Assembly: GCF_003044035.1 (NCBI RefSeq)
Contig: NZ_NVQC01000032.1
Coordinates: forward strand, 1-21,336
DNA from: Candidatus Methylomirabilis limnetica
GTDB taxonomy: Bacteria > Methylomirabilota > Methylomirabilia > Methylomirabilales > Methylomirabilaceae
Length of the DNA stretch: 21,336 nt
Reading direction: 5' to 3'
Shown one piece after another: positions 1-6,999 of this stretch. Positions within the stretch are counted from its first letter, which is position 1; every line of letters begins with the position of its first letter. The notes beneath the pieces were generated by a model. The model made no database searches, was not told the origin of the DNA, and saw only the letters and a program-made list of their open reading frames with translations. The translations under genes and the position numbers were made by a program.

Positions 1-1546
1 CCTTGGGGCGCTCCCGCCCTCGTTCCCCCCCCCCCCCCCCCGAAACCGTCTGCGGGATCGCGGTTGGCAGAAAGACGGTGAAACGGGTTCCCTGTCCTTC
101 CTCGCTCTCCACCATCAGCCTCCCCAGGTGGGCCTCCACGTGGCGGTGGGCGATGGAGAGGCCCAGCCCCGTCCCCCCCTCCCGGGTGGTGAAGAAAGGG
201 TCAAAGATGCGGTCGAGGTCTGCCTTGGGGATGCCGTAGCCGGTGTCCACCAGCTCCACCCGCAGCCATTCTGGGGAATCGAAGACTGTGTTGATCGTGA
301 TCGTTCCACCATCGTCCATCGCCTGGATGGCGTTGAGGAGGAGGTTAAGGAAGAGTTGCTGGAGTTGCTCCACATCACCCTTCATACGGGGAAGGTCGGG
401 GGCATACTGCTTCACGAGCTGCACGCCATGCTTGGCGAATTCCCCTCGGAGGAGAAGACACGCTCGATCCAGGGGTTCTGTTAGATCCATCACCTCCAAG
501 CAAGGCGCCTGTGGTCTGGCAAAAGCCAGGAGCCCTCGGATCGTCCGGTCGGCCGCCGCCACGTTTCGGTGGATCGCCTCCAGATATTCGCCCCCTTCGC
601 GGCACGGATCGGCCGCTTGCTTGAGGAGCACCTGGACTGATCCCCCGATGATGGCAAGCGCATTGCCCAGCTCATGGGCCAGTCCCGCGGCAAGTTGGCC
701 CACAGACGCAAGCTTTTCTACATTCTGGAGGTGGTGCGCTTGATGAACCTTCTCCGTGACGTCTCTGATCAGTTCGACGGCCTCCATCGGTCGCTTCCCT
801 TCGTACGCCAGTGGATAGCTAGACACCTCCAGATAGCGAGACCTCCCGTCCGGCATCTGCTGCGAGACTGAGCGTGAGACGGCCCGACCGTTGCTAAAGG
901 TCTCGAGGACCGGGCACCCGTCGCAGATCTCTTCCCTGCCGAACAGGACCCGGTAACACATTCGACCGATGAGGGCCTCAAGCGGGGACCCGGCGAGTGC
1001 GGCAGCGCCTGCATTGGCGACCGAGATCATCAAGTTCTGATCGACGATAATGAGGGAATCGGCAATGGCGTCGAAGACCGCGCGGAGTCGCTGTTGGCTT
1101 TCAATGAGGGCTTGGGTCCTGTTCTCCACTCGCTGCTCCAACTCATCGAGTAGGGCCTCCTTTTCGGAGACAAGTCGGTAGCGCTCCAGGGCCTGTTTCA
1201 CTTGGCGGCCCAGCGTCTGAAGATCGACCGGCTTCAGGAGATAACCAAAAGCGCCTTGCCGAACAGCCTCGACGGCGGATCCAAGATCAGCGTGACCGGT
1301 GAGGATCAGAATCTCGGTCCGTGGACTGAACTCTTTGATGGCCTTCATCAGTGCGAGACCATCCATGAGGGGCATCTGAAGGTCGGTGAGAACGAGGGGA
1401 GGGCGCTCCGCCTGGAAGAGCTGAAGAGCCTCCACCCCATCATGGGCCAGCAGAACCTCACAGCTCAGCGTCGGGAGAAACTCGGCCATCATTTCGAGGG
1501 CATGTTCGTCGTCATCAACGACCAGAACTCTTCTGTCCTCTCCCAT
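1..1546 (-). CDS. Hybrid sensor histidine kinase (REC-PAS-HisKA-HATPase_c); 3' end runs off the left window edge
   Basis: This ORF is absent from the supplied track because it has no stop in the window. My translation from ATG (complement of 1544-1546) reads MGEDRRVLVVDDDEHALEMM...LTDLQMPLMDG (receiver). It continues with a PAS-like segment carrying a CDGCP cysteine motif, H-box LAHELGNAL, N-box LLLNAIQAM, G1 DTGYGI and G2 GTGLGLSIA. A GAGGG Shine-Dalgarno sits about 8 nt upstream. The frame stays open to position 2. Confidence 0.85.
   Translation of the reverse strand, partial: MGEDRRVLVVDDDEHALEMMAEFLPTLSCEVLLAHDGVEALQLFQAERPPLVLTDLQMPLMDGLALMKAIKEFSPRTEILILTGHADLGSAVEAVRQGAFGYLLKPVDLQTLGRQVKQALERYRLVSEKEALLDELEQRVENRTQALIESQQRLRAVFDAIADSLIIVDQNLMISVANAGAAALAGSPLEALIGRMCYRVLFGREEICDGCPVLETFSNGRAVSRSVSQQMPDGRSRYLEVSSYPLAYEGKRPMEAVELIRDVTEKVHQAHHLQNVEKLASVGQLAAGLAHELGNALAIIGGSVQVLLKQAADPCREGGEYLEAIHRNVAAADRTIRGLLAFARPQAPCLEVMDLTEPLDRACLLLRGEFAKHGVQLVKQYAPDLPRMKGDVEQLQQLFLNLLLNAIQAMDDGGTITINTVFDSPEWLRVELVDTGYGIPKADLDRIFDPFFTTREGGTGLGLSIAHRHVEAHLGRLMVESEEGQGTRFTVFLPTAIPQTVSGGGGGERGRERPK
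25..41. repeat. C17 homopolymer (G17 on the coding strand), inside the 3' tail of the kinase ORF
   Basis: Counted directly: positions 25-41 are all C. It is read as GGGGG in the kinase frame, downstream of the last HATPase_c motif. Confidence 0.95.
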
Positions 1547-1853
1547 AGCTCGCACCCTCGCTTGGGCTACAGACCTTTCAGAGAACAAGAAGGAGATACC
1601 ATTGTATTGAAACAGGGGATGGGACGCGGAAAGGCGAACTCTGCCGAAGGGTGGGAACTGGGGCCTAACCCCGACGAGGTAGTACGTGGGCTGTGGGCAC
1701 GCTGAAGGATGAGGGGTTGCTGAACGCGGCGCTGATGCAACAAAGACTGGAACGATCCTGGACCCATATCCCGCTCCCTTTGTTCGACTCCAACCGATTC
1801 TCCGACCCTCAGTCCCTCAGTAGGGTATATTTAAAGTTGGGCTAATATATGCC

Positions 1854-1880
1854 ATTATGCTTAATTGTGCCAAGCATAAT
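1854..1880. promoter_or_regulatory. AT-rich 9-bp inverted repeat (ATTATGCTT-N9-AAGCATAAT), possible operator upstream of the minus-strand kinase
   Basis: Arms 1854-1862 and 1872-1880 are perfect reverse complements. They lie in the most AT-rich patch of the 1547-2395 spacer. Function is not established. Confidence 0.3.
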
Positions 1881-2346
1881 TTAAATATTGGTAAAATTAT
1901 CGGGGTCTTCCCCGACTTTGATGCAGTCTAAGCGCCTTGAGGCAGGTAGCCCCCGAAGCGCCTCGCTCTGGGCACTCTGAAACGTTGATCAACATCTGGC
2001 GGCAAATCGGGGCCGTCCGTCGGGGCTTCAAAAGCCCGCAAGTGAAGTGGATACCCCCTTGATCGGAATACGCACAAGTCGTGCGTCAAGAGTTTTGGCG
2101 TCATGATGACGCCCTAAACACGGAGCAGTCGGCGCGGACCCCATCTAACACGACCAACCTGCCTTACAAGCCGATAACTCACGGATTTCTCAGAGAAAAT
2201 CCTGCCTCTCCTCAGTCTCAGTTCCAATCCTTTGGACGGCGTATAATAGTCATTCTACGCCGTTCAGACCGCCACGCATGCGTTTCCGCACAGATATTCC
2301 CAACCTCATACGCTTGGTCAGATACTCTCTAGAGTATTCAAGAGCC

Positions 2347-2376
2347 TTGACAGACATACCATACATGCGATACAGT
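2347..2376 (+). promoter_or_regulatory. Candidate sigma70 promoter of vapBC (TTGACA-N18-TACAGT)
   Basis: TTGACA at 2347-2352 and TACAGT at 2371-2376. An 8-bp inverted repeat CAGACATA/TATGTCTG (2351-2358 and 2388-2395) straddles it. GAGG at 2383-2386 precedes ATG 2396. Confidence 0.35.
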
Positions 2377-2395
2377 CTCTATGAGGTTATGTCTG

Positions 2396-2662
2396 ATGCG
2401 AAAATATGAGAAAAAAGCCCAGGTCCTCCTGACGGAACGGCAGTACCGGGATCTCCAGGCGATCGCCGAACAACAACAGAAACCGCTTGGCGCATTGCTT
2501 CGCGATGCCGCCGAAGAGGTCTATCTCAAGCAGAAGCGCTCCCACGATAAGGCCCAGGCGGTCCAGGCCCTCCTCTCTCTCACCGAAACCGAGGCACCAG
2601 ACGAGTATCACGACTGGGAGGAGCAATACCTCTCTCACAAGGCCAGTCATGGCAGCGGCTGA
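2396..2662 (+). CDS. vapB: Ribbon-helix-helix (CopG/VapB-like) type II antitoxin
   Basis: MRKYEKKAQVLLTERQYRDLQAIAEQQQKPLGALLRDAAEEVYL fits a beta-strand plus two-helix RHH pattern. The gene overlaps the downstream PIN gene by 14 nt. The start could instead be ATG 2381. Confidence 0.7.
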   Translation: MRKYEKKAQVLLTERQYRDLQAIAEQQQKPLGALLRDAAEEVYLKQKRSHDKAQAVQALLSLTETEAPDEYHDWEEQYLSHKASHGSG

Positions 2663-3086
2663 GACTCTCTTCCTCGACACCAACATCATCATGTACGCCA
2701 TTGGCACAGACCATCCCCTCAAGCCCGCCTGTGTAGCGGCACTGAGGCAGGTCGAGGCCGGGACCATCCAGGTCGTCACCAACGTGGAGGTCTTCCAGGA
2801 GCTACTGCACCGGTACTATGCCATTGGGCGCCATGAGGTGGCCGCTCACGCCTTCACCCACCTCAAGGCCCTATGTGAGCAGGTCCTCCCTGTCCTCGAG
2901 GCAGATCTCGACCGTGCCTTCGCGATCCTCAACGACCACCCCCACATCAACGTCCGCGACGCTCTCCATGCAGCGACCATGCTCAACGGCGGCCTGCGCA
3001 CGATTCTGAGCACCGACACGCACTTCGATACCATCCCCGAGATCACTCGGATCGATCCACGCACCCTTCTCTTCCCCAATAACTGA
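2649..3086 (+). CDS. vapC: PIN-domain toxin (VapC family)
   Basis: The PIN acidic residues are in the expected order: FLDTN, EVFQEL, RDALHAA, STDTHFD. The protein is 145 aa. Its start overlaps the antitoxin stop. Confidence 0.8.
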   Translation: MAAAETLFLDTNIIMYAIGTDHPLKPACVAALRQVEAGTIQVVTNVEVFQELLHRYYAIGRHEVAAHAFTHLKALCEQVLPVLEADLDRAFAILNDHPHINVRDALHAATMLNGGLRTILSTDTHFDTIPEITRIDPRTLLFPNN

Positions 3087-3227
3087 TCACGCCCAACTCT
3101 AGCTGGCTAGAGACACTCTCCGCCTTCGAACGCTAGCCCAAGGTCAAAGCAGGCGACCCCTCACCATTCAGGCGTACCAGTACGACATCGCGCTGCTATG
3201 CCCGCTTGTCGGACCGGATCAGGGATA

Positions 3228-3518
3228 ATAGGGACAGACACTATTTATTGAAATCTTTTCTTGGTCTTCCTCTCTGCAGTACGTGTCTTACTCGTCCAGT
3301 TTCCTGCGCACCTCCCAGATGAACCCGTCTCTTTGCAGTGGCCGCTCTGTCATCGTGCAAATTCTAATCTCTGTCGTTCCGAAAGACCGCCTGGCGATCA
3401 TTCCCTCGTTGCCGCACATAATACGGGTGGCCGGGTGCAACAATTCGAGTAATCAGTGGCATGCGCGATCATGACCGCGAGCACCACGAATTGTCACGAT
3501 AATAGTGTCTGTCCCTAT
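3228..3518 (+). mobile_element. Non-autonomous TIR-bounded element (MITE-like), copy 1, 291 bp
   Basis: Perfect 18-bp terminal inverted repeat: ATAGGGACAGACACTATT (3228-3245) and AATAGTGTCTGTCCCTAT (3501-3518). No credible ORF. Collinear with copy 2 at 4548-4827. Confidence 0.75.
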
Positions 3519-3673
3519 TTTTAAGACACTTTAGGATTTCCACTCTGCGAAAGACCGCCAAAGCGATGTGCGGATGCCTGTCTCTGATGGCGGAATCCCC
3601 AACTGTGCGCCCTTGTTCCACCTTATTGCCTGTCTAGTTTTCGGGGAGCATTATACTGCCAAGGCGCTGCACT

Positions 3674-3701
3674 TGACGTGATATAACATGCATGTTATAT
3701 T
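3674..3701 (+). promoter_or_regulatory. Candidate promoter (TTGACG-N16-TATATT) with an embedded perfect 20-bp palindrome, likely a toxin-antitoxin operator
   Basis: TTGACG at 3674-3679 and TATATT at 3696-3701. ATATAACATGCATGTTATAT at 3681-3700 is a perfect palindrome. It covers the annotated ATG at 3688. Confidence 0.45.
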
Positions 3702-4041
3702 CCCGGTCGTGGGTTACGTCATCGAGTATTTCAACTCGTCCGTCCAAACCGACATCGAGGCGTGGCCGGCGGGGCTGAAGGCGCGCTATCGCGCGTTGAC
3801 GCTGCGCATGGCGGACCATGGGTCGAACCTCGGCATGCCGCATACCCGCGCGTTGGGCGGCGGATTGTTCGAGATTCGCGTCAAGAGTGCGGAAGGCATC
3901 GGGCGCGCCTTCCACTGCACATTGATCGGACGGCGCATCGTGATCCTGCACGGCTACGTGAAGAAGTCCGATAAAACGCCGGCCAAAGTGTTGAGAATCG
4001 CCCGCAACCGCATGAACGAGGTACTGCAACATGGCACGTGA
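3688..4041 (+). CDS. RelE/HigB-superfamily toxin (Gp49-like, DUF891-type)
   Basis: LFEIRVKSAEGIGRAFHCTLIGRRIVILHGYVKKSDKTPAKVLRIARNRMNEV matches the Gp49/HigB-like pattern (LFELR...YR.fy...ivlLhgf.KK.qktP). The toxin gene comes first and overlaps the HTH antitoxin by 11 nt. The true start may be GTG 3709, because ATG 3688 lies inside the putative promoter. Confidence 0.7.
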   Translation: MHVIFPVVGYVIEYFNSSVQTDIEAWPAGLKARYRALTLRMADHGSNLGMPHTRALGGGLFEIRVKSAEGIGRAFHCTLIGRRIVILHGYVKKSDKTPAKVLRIARNRMNEVLQHGT

Positions 4042-4354
4042 CACGAAATACCGTCCGGTTCCGTACGATCCCAAGGCGGCATTGAAACGCGACCTGCGTG
4101 ACCCGGATTTCCGCGCCGCCTGGGAATCCATCCAGGACGAGTTCACCGCACTGGATGTGCTGCTGGAAGCCCGCCACCGGGCGGGCCTGACGCAGGAACA
4201 GGTCGCGGCGCGCATGGGGGTTTCGCAACCGGCGCTGGCGCGAGTGGAGACTTCGCTCGGTTCGCGCAAGCATTCGCCTTCGCTCGCCACGCTGCGCAAG
4301 TACGCCGTCGCCGTGGGTTGCAAGCTGCAAATCCGGCTGGTGCACGAAAAATAA
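4031..4354 (+). CDS. XRE-family HTH antitoxin (HigA-like)
   Basis: HTH segment GLTQEQVAARMGVSQPALARVE and the typical C-terminal tail LRKYAVAVGCKLQIRLV. It is paired with the upstream toxin. Confidence 0.75.
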   Translation: MARDTKYRPVPYDPKAALKRDLRDPDFRAAWESIQDEFTALDVLLEARHRAGLTQEQVAARMGVSQPALARVETSLGSRKHSPSLATLRKYAVAVGCKLQIRLVHEK

Positions 4355-4547
4355 CTGGCCACAGCCATCCCATCACGCACGCGATACCCGGGCACCCCTC
4401 TCTCCCGGGCTGGGCGCATGTGTGCAAGCTGGACATGGTTTACATCGCTCCGCCGATACTACTGGTTGGGGTCACTGGAGTCAGGTGCATAGGCGCCTAT
4501 ACCCGCATCAGAGTTATTGAATTACGTATGATATAGGGACATATGAT

Positions 4548-4827
4548 ATAGGGACAGACACTATTTCTTGAAATCCTTTCTTGGTCTTCCCCTCTGCCAC
4601 ACGTGTATTACTCGTCCAGTTTCCTGCACACCTCCCATATGAACCCGTCTCTTCGCAGCGGCCGCTCTGTCATCGTGTGCCTTCGCATCGCTGTCGTTCC
4701 GAAAGACCGTCTGGCGATCATTCCCTCGTTGTCTCACATGATACGGGTGGTCGGATGCAACGGTTCGGGTAATCCGTAGCAGGCACGATCATGACCGCGA
4801 GCACCCGATAATAGTGTCTGTCCCTAT
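4548..4827 (+). mobile_element. Non-autonomous TIR-bounded element (MITE-like), copy 2, 280 bp
   Basis: The same perfect 18-bp TIRs lie at 4548-4565 and 4810-4827, in the same orientation as copy 1. My hand alignment gives about 31 substitutions plus one 10-bp indel, roughly 89% identity. Confidence 0.75.
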
Positions 4828-4904
4828 TTTCCTATTTTATGGGGTGAACCTTGGATGTTTCCACAAGTCAATTCGGATAGCCGAAAGAAGCGAGCTAAGG
4901 TGCC

Positions 4905-5837
4905 TTAGTGGGGCTGGAGAACGGCTGCTGGTCCCTTTGCATTTAGGACGCATGCCTGCTCAAGCGTGCAGGCCTCGGCTTCAAGCTGGAAGGTGGTGTG
5001 GGCAATGCCGAAGCGCTCCTTCAGCATCTGGTTGATCCGGTCGAGCAGCCGATTTCCCTGGCTGGCCTGGAGATCAGTCACCTGGAGGTGGCAGCTCATG
5101 GCATAGACATGGGAGCTCAAGCTCCAGACATGCAGGTCGTGCACATCCTCGACCTCCGGGAAGCTGCGCACAGCCCCTAAGAGGCGATCCACCTGAACCC
5201 CGCGCGGAACGCCCTCCATCAACACATTCACTGTCTCTGCCACGATGTCCCAGCATCCGGCCAAAACCAGCAGCCCGATCACACAACTCAGGAGCGGATC
5301 GATCAGGCTCCAGCCACTGAGCAGTATGATGACCCCGGCCGCCACGACGCCAAGCGACACGAACCCATCGCTCAGCAGGTGCAGAAAGGCGCTGCGAATG
5401 TTGAGATCCCGGGTCCCCCGCCGAAGCGACAGGGCGACTCCGACATTCATCAGAAACCCTATCCCTGCTACCGCCATCATCACTGGCGCATCCGGTACAA
5501 CCGTGGATCCCAGCCGATTGATGGCCGCATAGAAGATCCACAGGGTGATGCCGATCAGGGCGATCCCGTTGGCAAGGGCGGCCAGGATGCTGGCCCGGTG
5601 ATAGCCAAAGGTCTTTCGTTCGTTGGCGGGACGCTCCACCTGCCGGAGCGCAACCCATGAGATTATCAGCCCGATGACATCGCTAAAGTTATGCCACGCA
5701 TCGCCAATGAGGGCGAGACTTTCAGCAGCCAGACCTGCCGCCAGTTCGGTAAGAGCAAACAGGAGGTTCAGGACGATCCCGACCTTCAAACGCCGACTGA
5801 TGGAACCCTCACTATCCTGGGTAATTCCTGGATTCAT
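4905..5837 (-). CDS. czcD: Cation diffusion facilitator (CDF) family divalent-metal efflux protein
   Basis: Six hydrophobic segments. HxxxD metal-site motifs HNFSD (TM2) and HLLSD (TM5). The C-terminal cytoplasmic domain contains VHDLHVWSLS, typical of CzcD/ZitB. Confidence 0.85.
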   Translation of the reverse strand: MNPGITQDSEGSISRRLKVGIVLNLLFALTELAAGLAAESLALIGDAWHNFSDVIGLIISWVALRQVERPANERKTFGYHRASILAALANGIALIGITLWIFYAAINRLGSTVVPDAPVMMAVAGIGFLMNVGVALSLRRGTRDLNIRSAFLHLLSDGFVSLGVVAAGVIILLSGWSLIDPLLSCVIGLLVLAGCWDIVAETVNVLMEGVPRGVQVDRLLGAVRSFPEVEDVHDLHVWSLSSHVYAMSCHLQVTDLQASQGNRLLDRINQMLKERFGIAHTTFQLEAEACTLEQACVLNAKGPAAVLQPH

Positions 5838-5851
5838 CCCGACCCCACGCC

Positions 5852-6685
5852 TTACTGCCCTGCGAGAGGCGGCTCGCCGTTCTCAGGTAAGGCAAGATTC
5901 TGGATTACCTGACCCCGCGCCCCCTTCAACAGTATCGGCCGCCCATTCAGCGAAAGGGCCACCCCATCGGAGTTTCCGATGGTCACAACAAACCCCCTGT
6001 CCGCTGACCACTGCACCGTCTGACCCGGATATAGCAGGACCCCCTTACGAGGCGCCCCGTCTGCTGCTACCGCAAGCCATGTCTCCTGCTTCGCCTCAGC
6101 CTTGAGCGTATAGCGAGAAGGCTGACCCTGAGGCCTCTGCGCCGCGGGATCAGTGAGTGGGCGGACCGGGTTCACCCCCTCTGGCTGCCCAGCGTCAACA
6201 GCGACGGATTGAGGTCCTGGTAGGGTCGCGGTGCCGGCCTCCGGGGTCGGCTCGGCCGTTTGCTGAGACTCTAGCGACGGCGCCGGTGGTCGCCCGGAGA
6301 AAAGCGAAAGCCCGATGAAGATCAGTGGAATCGCAACGGCAGCCGGCAGTAGGAACGGGAGCAGGCGACGGAGATCGATTTGCTGGCCTATTGATGACAC
6401 AGGATGCGATAGCTCACTCATCCTAGCCGAATGCTCCTGATCCTTCCACTGCGCCTCGACCTGCTTTGGATCAAGGCCGAGAAAGACGGCATATTCCCCT
6501 AGAAACCGGATGATATACAGTAGATCAGGGATGAGGTGGAATTGCTCCTGCTCCATCAATCGGACGAAGGAGAGAGGAACCTTGCTGGCGGCAGCGGCCG
6601 CCTCGATCGTGAGGCCCTTTGCCGTTCTGGCGTCCTGCAAGAGCTGGCCGATCGCGATCGTTGGATTGCTTTCAGGATCACCCAT
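5852..6685 (-). CDS. rodZ: RodZ-like protein: N-terminal HTH, one TM helix, C-terminal DUF4115-like domain
   Basis: IGQLLQDARTAKGLTIEAAAAASKVPLSFVRLMEQ (HTH), LLPFLLPAAVAIPLIFIGLSLF (TM), and a C-terminal WLAVAADG...GNSDGVALSLNGRPI. I prefer ATG 6685, which has GAGGG about 5 nt upstream, over the TTG at 6781 used in the ORF track. Confidence 0.65.
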   Translation of the reverse strand: MGDPESNPTIAIGQLLQDARTAKGLTIEAAAAASKVPLSFVRLMEQEQFHLIPDLLYIIRFLGEYAVFLGLDPKQVEAQWKDQEHSARMSELSHPVSSIGQQIDLRRLLPFLLPAAVAIPLIFIGLSLFSGRPPAPSLESQQTAEPTPEAGTATLPGPQSVAVDAGQPEGVNPVRPLTDPAAQRPQGQPSRYTLKAEAKQETWLAVAADGAPRKGVLLYPGQTVQWSADRGFVVTIGNSDGVALSLNGRPILLKGARGQVIQNLALPENGEPPLAGQ

Positions 6686-6785
6686 TTCACCCTCTGCTCG
6701 TGCCACCAATTTTCCCTTCCACCGATGATCGACGTGCACTCCATCGTACGGGGCTGAACGGTCGATCCTTTTTATCGACAAATGG

Positions 6786-6949
6786 CAACTACTCAGGTGT
6801 TTAGGCTGAAGGCTGTTAGTCGTTGCACATGGGCCGAATCAAGGCGCCCAGAACCTTTTCGGTATCCATCGTTTTCGCGTCGTATTCGAAAACGCCTGGC
6901 GCGTTCCTACAGTCTAAAAGCCTTCAGTCTATCTACCTAAGTAGTTACG
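6786..6949 (-). mobile_element. Second family of small TIR-bounded element, copy 1 (164 bp), inverted relative to copy 2 at 20062-20172
   Basis: Termini CAACTACTCAGG (6786-6797) and CCTAAGTAGTTAC (6936-6948) are inverted repeats. Its reverse complement aligns collinearly with 20062-20172, except for a roughly 66-bp internal insertion and a different heptamer copy number. Confidence 0.65.
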
Positions 6950-6999
6950 ATAATTGTACGCTACCATACCGGCGCAGCAGAGGCAAGCGGAGCGCAGGG

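Noticed and set aside
1600-1690. The CTCTGCCGAAGGGTGGGAA segment, faintly reminiscent of the glycine-riboswitch ACCGAAGGGGCAA core
   Set aside because: It is only a partial match to one conserved block. No second aptamer or P1 pairing is visible. No suitably placed downstream gene exists on that strand.
1863-1880. Possible sigma54 promoter on the minus strand (TTGGCAC-AATTA-AGCAT) upstream of the kinase
   Set aside because: The GG and GC dinucleotides are one nucleotide closer together than in the TGGCAC-N5-TTGC consensus, and the -12 element is AGCA rather than TTGC. Sigma54 promoters tolerate essentially no change in this spacing.
3261-3474. 63-aa ORFs inside both copies of the TIR element (3261-3452 and 3283-3474; 4581-4772), plus a short minus-strand frame ending ...GFIWEVRRKLDE*
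   Set aside because: They start with non-ATG codons. The substitutions between the two copies are scattered with no synonymous bias. One alternative frame is open in copy 2 but interrupted by a stop in copy 1. I treat the element as non-coding.
3634-4419. 261-aa minus-strand ORF, with nested 154-aa and 97-aa ORFs, antisense to the higBA-like pair
   Set aside because: Arg/Ala/Ser-rich with no motifs, which is typical of antisense open frames in G+C-rich DNA. The plus-strand toxin and antitoxin have clear family signatures and overlap coupling.
6686-6781. N-terminal 32-codon extension of the RodZ-like ORF from a TTG start at 6781
   Set aside because: The extension has no similarity to the HTH N-terminus expected for this family. 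The internal ATG at 6685 has a GAGGG ribosome-binding site at the proper distance.
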